From positions 7,626,001 to 7,690,000 of the forward strand of contig OZ176054.1 in the NCBI GenBank assembly GCA_964247055.1: a stretch of DNA of 64,000 bases. Reading direction: 5' to 3'. The stretch is from Paragordius varius (Eukaryota > Animalia > Nematomorpha). This document shows, one piece after another, positions 27,967 to 40,109 of the stretch. The notes below the pieces were generated by a model. The model was not told the DNA's origin, ran no database searches, and saw only the letters and a program-made list of their open reading frames with translations. Numbering within the stretch: the stretch's first letter is position 1; each line of letters starts with the position of its first letter. The position numbers and the translations under genes are program-made.

Positions 27967-29928
27967 CAGTCATGTCTATATAGAATTGTCTTTTTTTTTT
28001 ATTTAAATGATTATAATTTTTTTTTAATTGTTTTGATGTTTGATATGTCAACTTTCAACATGCGCATTTTTAAGCCTTAAAATAATAGTAGCCTATTTAT
28101 TGTAAGAATTTTTAATTTATAATTAAAAGATATTGCAAAATATTATTCTTGATGCACAACATGCGCATATTGTAATTTTTATCTTTTGTAAAATATTAAT
28201 TATAAAATTTTATTAATAAAGTTTAAACACACATAACCAAAATATAATTTAAAAGATAAAAATATTTATTGATTATAATATTTAAATAAATTTATAATTG
28301 TTTTCATTTTCTAGGGGTTTTCTTTGCATACATTCCAACAAAATATGTGAAGAAAAATTATAATAATTTTTTAGATTTTTTTCCCTTCTCTCTTCGCAAA
28401 GTCTTGCAATTTTATTATGTTGCTCTAGAGGGGTACTACACCGGGGTTTTTTATCATATTGATGTTTAATCTCATGAAAAAAACATTCAATGGGATTCAG
28501 TTGTGGCGAATATGGAGGTAAATAAACTATTTTATTCCTTAGGTCACCTAACACCGCGGCTTTGTGAATAGGTGCATTATCGCAAACTATTATTGAACTT
28601 TCAGGAATTCTTGTTAAACATTCCGTCAAAAAAATTCGAAAATCATCGCCTCTAAAGGCGCCTTCTTTTGTTCTGTAATTAATAACTCCCTGACAACCAA
28701 TCATACATATCAATGAAACATTTTTTCCTAAAATAAATTCAAATTTTACCTTTGTTAAATCCCTCTACAATAGGAGATTTGCCCTTTGGAGCTCTACCCC
28801 ATATATTTGTAAGTTTCAAACTGAAGCCTGACTCATCAATAAAAAAAACTTTTTCCTGTGGAATATCTTTCACCAATCTGGCATAATTATAACGCTTTTC
28901 TATATTCTCTGGGGTGTTTCGTTCCCGAGGTTGTAAAATACACCTCTTTCGAGTAATTTCTGAATCCGAGAGAATTTTGTAAATAGTTGCTCTGCATACT
29001 TTAATATGGTCTGGTATTTGTTCCATTATTTCATCGATTGTTAATTCACAATCATTGTTTATTAATCTTTTGACAGCAACTATTATTTCTGGATTTCTGA
29101 ATTTGTTACGCCGACCAGATTTATTTCTATCAGTAGAATTCCCAAGAATTATTTTTCTTCTTAATATATTTATAGATGTTAAGGACATATCAAAATAATC
29201 CAAAAAATAATTTGAGGGTTTTTCCAAATTTTTGGGATCAAAAAATAATTTTTTAGCTCTATCTATTTTTTCCTTATTCCAAAAATTATGTTCTAAAATT
29301 TAAAAATATTAATACTTTTATGTTTTATTTTTTCACGAGATAATTCATTTTCATTCAATGGAACATCCAAATCAGATACTACGAATTGTTATTTTTAAAT
29401 ACTTGAAGACTCTTCACTTACATCCGATTCAAAAGTATAAACTGAGGGAGCTATGTTTTCCTTTAATATTGGATTTTGTTCTGAATTTTTATTTTTTAAT
29501 ATAAACCTTCAAGTACACTAGCTGCCGAGCAAAGAAGAAATAATGGGTTATCGTTGATATTCATAATTTTTTAAAATAACTCTAGATTTATGATTTATTT
29601 CTTTATATATATAGAGATTAAATGGACATCTGCTTGGGTTTTCTTATATATTTTAAGTGCATGTTAAAAACCCCTAGAAAATGAAAACATATATTAAACT
29701 TGGTTATCATAAATTACATGCGCATGTTGTAGATAAAATGTTCAAGAATAATATTTTGCAACATCTTTTAATTATAAATTAAAAATTCTTACACTAAATA
29801 GGCTATTATTATTTTAAGGCTTAAAAATGCGCATGTTGAAAGTTGACATATCAAACATCAAAACAATTAAAAAAAAATTATAATCATTTAAATAAAAAAA
29901 AAAAGACAATTCTATATAGACATGACTG
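27967..29928 (-). mobile_element. Tc1/mariner/IS630-superfamily DNA transposon, 1962 bp, long TIRs, TA target duplication
   Basis: TA|CAGTCATGTCTATATAG ... CTATATAGACATGACTG|TA. The first ~185 bp of the two TIRs differ at about 3 positions, and similarity extends inward to 28321/29667. It encloses a DDE transposase. Confidence 0.95.
28282..29564 (-). CDS. DDE transposase (IS630/Tc1-like, DD30E), 395 aa after splicing; exons 29507-29564, 29403-29480, 29316-29378, 28750-29292, 28282-28727
   Basis: Motifs FIDESGF, WGRAPKG, GKNVSLICMI, VCDNAPIH and LPPYSPQLNPIE. Removing four GT-AG segments of 26, 24, 23 and 22 nt yields a single stop-free ATG-to-TAA ORF of 1188 nt. Confidence 0.88.
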
Positions 29929-31536
29929 TAATAGTTACAGTTTCAATTTCTGAAAAGGTTGATCAATTTCAGTATGTTAATATACTGTAGTAAATTTGTA
30001 AATTCTCGAGTTAACCTAAATCGATAATGTCACTTGTTTTCACACAGAGCAAAAAACGATTTTACCGTAAAAAGGGTTATTTTCCCATTCTGTTTTAGGC
30101 ATATCTTAAATGCATAATTAGGGACTTCCTGACACATTTGTCAGATGTAATTCTGCCTCTATTCATTTTGCGAATGATACGGTATTATAACAGACGATTC
30201 CCAGGTCACTTCGCAAACTTTAAAATTTGGTTAATGTTAAAAAATGGTTTGCAGATGATTTTAATTACAAACTCACCCGAAAACTGAGAACGATTAGGGG
30301 GCCAACAACGGGTGTTCTATAAAACAGTAAATATTTAATCCAGTTTGAGTAAGTATACATTGCTAGAAAGTTATTGTTTTTTGCCAAATAGCATATACAA
30401 CAATGGGCTGTAATATTGGATTATAGTTTTTTTTACTTTTTATTATTAGCTAATAATAATTCCCTGTGCTGCATATGCAATTTGTCAATAATTAATAACT
30501 TTCTAGAAATGTATACTTACTCATACTGTAATCATCCTTAATATGTAATAGTTCTTTATGACATAGTTTAATAGTGTTTCAGTATTATATTAATTTTAAA
30601 CAATATTTCATTTTTTGAAAATATAAAAAATATAGGTAATTTATAATCTTAAAAAACACATAATTTATTTTAAGGTAAATATGAATTGTCAAGGGTGAAT
30701 TTGCATTGTAAATGGTATATACCTCTAGATAAATATATTCCAACACATATATGCGCAACATTCTTGTGAAAAAATACAATTTAACAATTATAAATTATTG
30801 TTATAATATTGATTCTTAGGAATGAGAACTTAAATTAATAAATAATATATATTTGTTATACATTGAAAATCAAGTACTCAGGATTAATGGTAAATTTGTA
30901 TTTTTATTGTCAATAAATATTTTCCTCATATTTTCTTGAATAATTAGCGATTACTTTCATTTATTGTAATATTCGATTATAAAGAGCCATTAATTATATA
31001 AAATCCTATAATTAGCGAAAAAATTGTAAAAATATAATTCATTTATTTATATCAAGACAGAGTTTCGTTCATACACATTTTTTAAGTGGTCCAGAATTAG
31101 TACAAGAATGAATTATTTTAAAAATTTGAGTTATGTTTTTAATAGGATTTAATTGGGGAATATACAGAGGTATATATTATTTTTATAAAATACTTTATGA
31201 TATTAATTTATCTTTTTAATTTGACAAAGTTAGATGATTTTAACGAATTCATTATTAATTTTGGTAATGTTTGCATCAAATTATTCTAAAAAAACTAATA
31301 AATTTCTTTTGTTAACATATCTATATTCTGGCAATTTTAATTTTCTAATTCCTTAAATAGATGCCTACATATGGATTAAAACTATATTATGTATCATATT
31401 TTGGCTTATGTGTTTTTCAGAAAACTAATAATAATTATCCATCAAACTTAAAATTAATCATTAAAATGCCGTATGCACAACACATATTCAATGTTACCAG
31501 CTCTATCATAAGATATATAAGAAGAAGGGACATATA

Positions 31537-32079
31537 CCATTTGCACTTCAAGAGTGTCCTTGAACAATTCAAGTTTGTCCTTGAACACTTCAAGTTGGTC
31601 CTTAAAATTTATAAATTTTGATTTAACTATAATTTTTGCATCTATCTTTTTATTTTATTATTTATTAACATAATTTTCTTTATTTATTATATATTTATTC
31701 ATTAAAAAATAAAATTTTTTATTGAAAAACCACTTTTTGGTTTCAAACTATATTTTTTCAATTAAACAAAATTATTGACTTTTTAATGTTTTCAATGAAA
31801 AATTTTAATTAATTACCCAGAAAACTTAATATGTTTTTTCATTTGGTGTCAAAATCTTATAAATATTCAAAATTATTATAAGAAATTAATAAAGATATAC
31901 GGTTTCTCAAAGATTAAAAGTTGATGTCGATTTAAAATTTATGTTAAATTATAGAAAATAGGTTAAAAACAATAAAATAGATGAATTATTTACGATTTGA
32001 TTGATAAAAGTTAAAAACAAAACAAAAAAGTCAAATGACCAACTTGAAATGTTCAAGGACACTCTTGAAATGCAAATGG
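31537..32079. mobile_element. MITE with CCATTTGCA termini and 21-bp subterminal repeats, flanked by TATA
   Basis: Left CCATTTGCACTTCAAGAGTGTCCTTGAACAATTCAAG is mirrored by the right-end reverse complement. Related to the 38391-38796 element; a solo right end is present at ~30689-30715. Confidence 0.75.
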
Positions 32080-32725
32080 TATATTAAAATATGCATTTAT
32101 TGATCCGCCGAGTTTACTTTTTTATTTTAATAATTTGATATTATTTTTCAGTATGTACTGTAATTAGATTAAAAATAATGAAATTTTTATATAAATACAA
32201 TACATAGAAAACTATTATGGATCTTTGTATTTTAATTGGACAGGATTAAATTTACATGACTGTTGCCATGTATGAGATTTTAAATTAGTTAGATATTTAA
32301 TTAAACAGTATTTTATTACAATATTTAAAAATTAAAAAAATGAAAAATTCATACACGGCTACTAACATGTCAATTAAATAGCTATTTTAGCCATTAAAAA
32401 TAGAGATATGGCGTATTAAGGTGCTCGGTACTGTAATTAACTAGCCTTAGAATTGATTTCTTTGAAGCATGCGATGAATCATAATTTTGTAAATTTACGA
32501 TTAAAAACCCTTTGTAGGGTCTCTTTATTGTGCTTATAAAATTTAAACTTTAACACAGGCCCAAAATCATCAATCATATGATTTACTCTTACTTCATAAT
32601 ATATGTTCATGTTCGTTAAACTTAAAAAAATACTTTCATTTCACAAATAAAATAATTTTTATTTCAAGGTATATATACACAAAACATTGTATTCACAGTA
32701 GAAAACATATGTGGAGAAGAGATAA

Positions 32726-33351
32726 CTAATATCGATTAGGGGCTCCACCGCGACCCATACCCCTTCCTGGGGGTCCACCTCGTCCTCCTCCACCAGGACC
32801 GCCTCGACCCCCACGGCCACCTCGTGGAGCTCCGCGTCCTCCCATTCCCCTTCCACCACCGCCTCGAGTGGCTGATGATGCGGCTTTCGTCGCATACTTT
32901 TTGAACATTGGGGCATTTTTTAACATGTCGGGGAGGATCATGAAACGAATCTTACTTCCACGAATATATACTTCATTTATGTGAGACATGGATCCATCAC
33001 TATAAGAATATATATATGGATTAGAGTATGAAATATGCAATCCTAGTCTTCAAATGAAGAGTAGGGGTAAAATAAGGAGAATTATTAATTTAACCTATTT
33101 TACCTATTTATGGGCATTGGCAAATAAAAATCTCTTTATTGTATATGCTATGTAAAAATATATAGCATTGCAATATATATAAAAAAATATAATCTATACC
33201 GGAATGTAGCCATAACATCTTGCATTTGACAATTCATATTATCCTCAGCTTCCAATAATTTTCCACGATATATCTCACCAATGTTTGTTTCGATTGTAAC
33301 AATATGGCCCTCAGCCTCATGCATAACCTTTATAGGAACTCCTATGGACAT
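32726..33351 (-). CDS. SNRPD3: Small nuclear ribonucleoprotein Sm D3, 141 aa; exons 33200-33351 and 32726-32999
   Basis: [18 protein letters not shown]...[24 protein letters not shown] is the SmD3 signature. One 200-nt GT-AG phase-2 intron; RG-rich tail. Confidence 0.97.
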
Positions 33352-33898
33352 GGTAAAAGTATGGCGCTTTCAAATAAATGAATGTATAAACCAAAGCGTG
33401 GGATGCTACCAAAAAAACAAAATATTTATTTTTGGAATAATTCATAAACACTATTATCACATAATTAACATTTTAAAAAAACTTTTAGCAATATATTTGA
33501 ATAGTTATTTATTCTAACAATCAGCAGTAAATTAATGCAAAACAAATTCATATTGCAAAAAGCTTTTGCATATTTGTATTACTATAATACTCACTTATAA
33601 AGTCATTTAAAATCGGCGATGAATAAAAAATATTAGAACTTTCGCAATTCCTTTATTCAAATAACGAAGCAGTATGCATTTTTTTAAAAAATCTTTATCA
33701 TGAAACAATCTAGCACAGTAATAGGTACTCAAGTGGTTTTTTATGGCCCTGAATTTTTAATAATTTATTTTAAGTATTATCATCTGCAAATCTGTCAAAC
33801 AATTATGGAATTTTTATCGGTATTGTTCGTAGCCTTTATTTTATTTGGCGAAAGTCAATGAAATTAGCATGTAGAAATAATGAGGGATAATAAATATC

Positions 33899-33938
<40 letters not shown>

Positions 33939-34389
33939 CTGATTTCGATAGACAAATGCATTAGGATTCTTATGGTTATTATGGTATTGAGTCTGTGAAT
34001 ACTTCATTACCTTTTTACTTTTTTTGTCCTAGTAGTTTTCCTTTTGGGATGGTTTTATATCCTAGAGCTTAATTTTGTTTATAAACTACAGCTCCGAAGG
34101 TTATTTTGGTTAGTTTAGTTATCGCGCATTATTCTCAGTATTAAATAAGAAAATTATGTTTTGCAGTTTTGACTTCTAAAGTCTAAATTTGGGACAGCTC
34201 AAAAACACGATTGAGCAGCTGATATTATATACAAAATATTCTTGTTGGTGAAATGTAGCCTGAGAGTTTTTACTGTTATTTATTTACATTTCTAAACATA
34301 TACATTTATTTGCCTGATGCATTAGCGATTCAACTAAATTTATAGAAAATGGTGACAAAAATTTTTTAAACGAGGTTTTTTTACAATTA

Positions 34390-37260
34390 TTATTATTATT
34401 ACATTACATGTTTTCACTCGTGAGAGCGGTCATGTTATACAACCTGTCTTGCCCGTCTTCTGCATTAAGCTCGTATTCTGCTACTCTTTTTAATGTGCCT
34501 ATCCATTTTGTTTTAGGCCGCCCACGTCCTCGTTTTCCGTCAACTACATGACTCTCTCCTTTCAATGTGCCCGAAGGTAGCCTATTTTTTGACATTCTTT
34601 CTACTATAGGTTTAACATCTGTGCTCCCACAAATAAATCTATTCTTAACTCTATTACTTGTTACCCCACACATCATTTTAAGCATTTTCATTTCCGTGAC
34701 TTAAAATGTCTTTCTTCCTATTTCTTGACGCCCCAGGTCCGTGAATTATACATCATTGTGGGTTGAACATCTGAACTGTATATACCTTTCACTCTAACAT
34801 CAATATTTCGATTACATAACACGCTTGAAATTTTCTTCCAATTTACCCATTTGCTCTTTATTCTTAAATTAATATCATCGGTCAAGGATCTATCTGAACC
34901 TAACATTGACCCCAAATATTTGCACCTTTTTTACCCCTCAGAACCCAACTAGCATCAACTTCCATTTTTTGTTGTGGACCCCCAAAAGTAATAAATTCAG
35001 CTTTTGCTTTGTCTACTTTCAGACCGTATTGAATTAGTATAATAACCCATCTGTTTACCGTTTGCTTTAACTCAGTCAATGAATCAGACATGAGATTTTG
35101 TCATCTGCATACATTAAGTACCAACCTACTTACAGTAATGACCTTGGCTACCTCGTCATACAAATTATAAACAATAAGGGGCTGAGTGATGAGCCTTGGT
35201 AGACTCTATGCTTTATTGAAAAAGGCTCTGATAAACCTTGTGAAGTTTTAATCCTGGAGGTGTGGGATTTGTACATTAATTGTAACAATTTAATATAACT
35301 TTCTAGCATCTTTTTACGACGGAGACTCCCCTAAATAGTTTCTCTATGAATCCTGTCAAACGCCTTCTCTATGTCAATAAAAAACCCGGCTAATTCTTTC
35401 TTTTTTCATTGTGTTTTTCAATCAACCTCCTAACCGCATATATAGGGTCTGTTGTTGACTTTCCTGGCATGAAACCAAATTGATATCGTTCTATAGATAT
35501 CATTTTCCTGATTCACTTTTCAATTATTTTTTCAAACAATTTCATGGTGTGCGACATTAGTTTTATCCCTCTATAGTTACTACAATCATTTATATCACCT
35601 TCTCCTTTTAAAGGTACAGTTAAACTTCCTTCCATTCAACCGTCATAAGTTGTAACAATTTTATTAAAAACACGCTCCAAGAAATTTAATCCAGCGCTTC
35701 CAAGCACTTTCAAACAATTTATATTTATGTCGTCGGATCCTACAGCCTTGTAGTTTCGCATTTCTAATAAATTGGATTCTACCTCATTTTCTGTAATTGC
35801 TTCTATTGGCATAGTAACTTCGACTGTGTTTGGTAAAAATATCTCGCCTACCCCTTCATCTAAACTCACAAAGTACTCTTTCCACCTTTTTAATATTTTT
35901 ATTTTCGCACAGCAAGTTTCCATCCTTTCCTTTTGCAGTCGCATAACCTAGTAAATCCATCCTGCGTTAATTCCTTTGCTGCGCAACTTTTTACACTTTG
36001 TTTAAACCTTGCTTACTATTTAACTCATCATAAATAAATTCATCTTTTCTTTCTTGACCTGGCCGACTACTTTTTCAATTCTTTATTTAAACATCTATAC
36101 TTATCTCTATCAACATCATTCCTTGTATGTCTCCATTTGTCAAAAGCCTTACCTTTTTTTCGTGAAATCAATATTATCCTTTCATCGTAAAGCCAAGCCT
36201 CTCTGTATACTTGAGTTTTGCCGCCTTTAGATCCACAAACTAGAGTTCCTGCCTTTTTGATTAACTGGCTGACTTTATCCCACTCACCATTTAACCCACC
36301 ATCCTCAGACAACCGTATTTCTTTTATAAAAGCATGCTTAGTATTTAATTTCTTTGAACAAGGATCAATGTGTTTTGACTTTTCTTTCATATTAAATTTA
36401 CAAATAAGTAAATTGTTGCGAGCTAATTTCTAAATTTGGTATAATCTTACAGTCTAATACAAGCTTCAACTCTTTTAGGACTAGTATAAAATCTATTTGT
36501 GAATTTTTATGCCACTTTTGTAGGTTATTAAATGACTCTCTTTTTTCAAAAAACGTGTTCGCTTAGCAAAATTGTGGGATTGTGCAAATCTAAGCAAATT
36601 AATTCCTTCCTCGTTTCTTTCTCCATAAGAATGTCCCCCGTGCCATATTTCAAAAGATTCCCTACTTAAACCAAGATTACCATTAAAATTTACATATAGA
36701 AACTTGACTCTGAGCTGAGGGAGAGCGACTAATATTTCGTCTAGAGTCTCGTGAAATTCCACTTTTTCTTGTTTTGATAGACCTATTTGCGGGGCATAAA
36801 TACTGAAAACTGTTATTACGTCGTTACCTACCAAAATATCTAAAATCATGTTTCGGCTGTTATAGCGTCTAACCTCTTTACTGATTGGACAATTTAGGAA
36901 TCATGATAACACACACTCCATTTCGTCCGTCACTTTCACCTGAATAATATAATCAATAATTTTCTTCGAAAGTCCTTGCTCCATTTCCGCGGTAACGAAT
37001 CTTTTGTAATGCCATAATGTATATGTTTAACTTTCATTATTTTCACAATATCATTTAACTTACTCTTCAACGAACCAACATATAAACTAGCAAAACAGCA
37101 TCCCATCTTCCTATATATTGTCTCTATATTATTGGCCACTACTATAAAACCAAGGCTGGCCGGCCTAACAAAAGTGTAAATATCTCTTTCAATACTTGTC
37201 AAAACCAAAAGCACCATGATAATCCTGATACATTTTAAGAGTTTATATGATCCATAAAGA
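34390..37260 (-). mobile_element. Degenerate near-full-length RTE-clade LINE (APE endonuclease plus reverse transcriptase)
   Basis: Fragmented ORFs: endonuclease-like (VFSIYAPQIGL, GHSYGERNEEG, ITYKSG) and RT/thumb-like (KAVGSDDI, KGIYSSDVQPTMMYNSRTW, GRGRPKTKW). (TAA)n 3' tail near 34390. Many stops and frameshifts. Confidence 0.85.
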
Positions 37261-38390
37261 TATTTTTTGTGGATAATGTGTATATATTATGGCGGTCGAC
37301 CTTATTGCGTTTACTCGCCCATTTTAGATAAGGTCAAAAACTTACTCCCAGATCCTACATTTAAATTATGTTTATTTGGAAAGCACATAGTTTTCACCAA
37401 AAAATTATTTAGCAAAATATACGCTAAAATCATTTTTTGATATGAATCAATAACCACAAAAGTTGTGGTTAAATGACTTTTTTAAGGCCAAAATCAAAAG
37501 TACTATGGAAATCCTGATGCATTTTATCAGTATATATATATATTTCATTTATTTATTGTGTAAACTGTTTAATATTACAAAATGACTTGACATTTCTTAT
37601 TTAAGGCTTTATAGAACAATATATTGTATGCATGGGCTAAATAAAAAAGATTGATAGAACGTTTTCTTTTTATTATCATTTTTCAATGTATTTGATAAGA
37701 GATTAACTTAATTCTAGCCGTAAAATTAAAAAACTACATTTTTTCTAAAATGTTAAATTATAAATCATCCCGTATTTTTCCAATTTGTTTAGAAAATTTA
37801 AACTAAGCTAATTATTTTAACCTGCTACTATTAAGACACAAGCATAATAAATTGGGACCGGACGCTTTGGTAGTTTTTGAATAAAATGAATTTTGAGTTG
37901 GGATGATGTAATAAATTAGCCAATTTTGAATCAAAACATTATTCCTGATCTGGAAATTAATGAACTCAGGATATTGCAAACTGATAATGATAAACAACAA
38001 GCTTTTTTTGTTGTAACTAAAAATTAGTGTATAATTTTTTATTTAATCCCCATTTGGATCGAAACTAGTAGTATTGGTATTAGTGATTATATAATATTTT
38101 TTATTCGCTATTTGATATATGATTAAAAGTTGTCTAAATTTTTTATTACCAAATTCAATTTATACTTGAGGTTAAAAAAATAACCGCTCAAGTAAAAATT
38201 ACATATACAAGTGATTTTAAAAATTAAAACCGACATCTATTTAAAATTATGCGATTTGCTTAATTTCTGTCTTTTTCCATTATTTAGTTTGCTCCTGAAT
38301 TAAAATTACATTTATTTAGATTAGAAATACAATTCTGCTCAAGCAACAAATGAAAATTAGCAACGTAGAACTTTGCTAAATATATATATA

Positions 38391-38796
38391 CCATTTACAG
38401 GTCAAATTCACCTTAAACAATTCAAATTCACCTTTGAACAATTCAAATTCGCCCTCGAACAATTCAAATTCACCCTTGAACAATTCAAATTCACCCTAGA
38501 AATAAATTATGTGTTTTCGAACTAATATAACTCATTATTAATGAGAAATATATCTTTATGGCATAGTTTCTTATTTTTTCAGTATTATTTAAATTAAAAC
38601 AAAATTTTTATTTTTAAAAATATATAAAAATATTGGGTAATTTTTTATCTAAAAACATATATTTTATTTCAGGGTGAATTTGAATTGTTTAAGGGTGAAT
38701 TTGAATTGTTTAAGGGTGAATTTGAATTGTTCAAGGGTGAATTTGAATTGTTCAAGGTTGAATTTGAACTTAAGGGTGAATTTGAATTGTAAATGG
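38391..38796. mobile_element. Foldback-like MITE: CCATTTAC termini with 5 plus 6 inverted copies of a 21-bp unit, inserted in (TA)n
   Basis: Left arm repeats TCAAATTCACCCTTGAACAAT; right arm is its reverse complement; both ends abut TA runs. Confidence 0.85.
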
Positions 38797-38806
38797 TATA
38801 TATATA

Positions 38807-40075
38807 TACTGTGTGCAAAAAAGAGGGTCATTTTGATTTAATGATAAAAATTTTTTTTTCATGATATAGCTTATGACCAGCGTATTCATTTGCCGCAAAA
38901 ATTATTATTTGTTGCAACCTAGTTTTTGAAATATTGAGAGAAAATCGGGTAAAAAGTGAAAATTAAGGACAATTCAAAAAATAATGATATAATCTGAAAT
39001 ATTATCGTTTATTATCATATTAGGAGATATTTTCAATATATAAATAGCCTAAAATCATATAGTTAGGGTTTCTATAAAATTTAAGGTCAAAAGATGGCGT
39101 TTTTTTACACACACTTAAAAGACAAAAAAATTTAATGAAACTATATTAAAATAATTTTTTTAATTATTTACTACCTAAACTCACTATTAAAATCTTAACA
39201 TTCATATTTTATTCAGGAAAATAAATTTCTGTATCAAAATAAAACCAAAAGTTTTTTATTTTTGCATTTTTTTGTCATCTGGTTAATGAGTGTATAAAAA
39301 ATTTATACTGTTTTATTTTGGATAAATGAGTGCGAATTATTAAGTATATAATTTATGCAAAACAGGATTGAAAATTACTGTAATATCAACCAACAATCCG
39401 TACAAATCCCAATACAAATATTAATTTGTCCTAAAACAGACTTGTTACAGGAAATCGTAAGGATTGCTGGTTGATATTCCAATACTTTTAAATCCTGGAT
39501 AAATTATATACTTAATAATGCCTAATCATGTAAGAATCCAAAATAAAACAGTATAAATTTTTTATATACTCATAAACTAGATGACAAAAAAATGCAAAAA
39601 TAAAAAAACAATATTTTAGGTTTTATTTTGATTTAGAAGTTTATTTTACTCAATAAAATATAAATGTTAAGATTTTAATAGTGAGTTTAGGTAGTAAACA
39701 ATTAAAAAAATTATTTTAATAAAGTTTCATTAAAATGTTTTTGTCTTTTAAGTGTGATCAAAGAAAAACGCCATCTTTTGACCTGAAATTTTATAGAAAC
39801 CCTAACTATATGATTTTAGGCTATTTATATATTGAAAATATCTACTAAAATAATAATAAACAATAATATTACAGATTTTATCCTTATTTTTTGAATTATC
39901 TTTATATATTCTTAATTTTTACTTTTTGCCCGATTTCGATTTTCTCTCAATATTTCAAAAACTAGGTTTTCAACAAATATAAAATTTTGCGGCAAATGAA
40001 TACGTTGGACATAAGCTATCTCCTGAAAAATTTTTTTTTGTTAAATCAAAATGACCCTCTTTTTAGAACACAGTG
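38807..40075. mobile_element. Long palindromic non-autonomous DNA element (Tc1/mariner-like ends)
   Basis: TA|TACTGTGTGCAAAAAAGAGGGTC ... GACCCTCTTTTTAGAACACAGTG|TA. The inverted arms remain similar for ~600 bp up to a centre near 39430. Confidence 0.85.
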
Positions 40076-40109
40076 TATATACACATAATGCATTGATTTA
40101 TTAATATCT

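Noticed and set aside
28714-28760. Programmed frameshift or simple pseudogene break between the two transposase ORFs
   Set aside because: A 22-nt GT-AG excision restores the frame and removes extra residues. Three more such introns lie upstream, and identical-length introns occur in a host gene.
33700-34110. Hydrophobic open frames divergent from SmD3
   Set aside because: Composition is expected from T-rich DNA and no consistent exon chain could be built.
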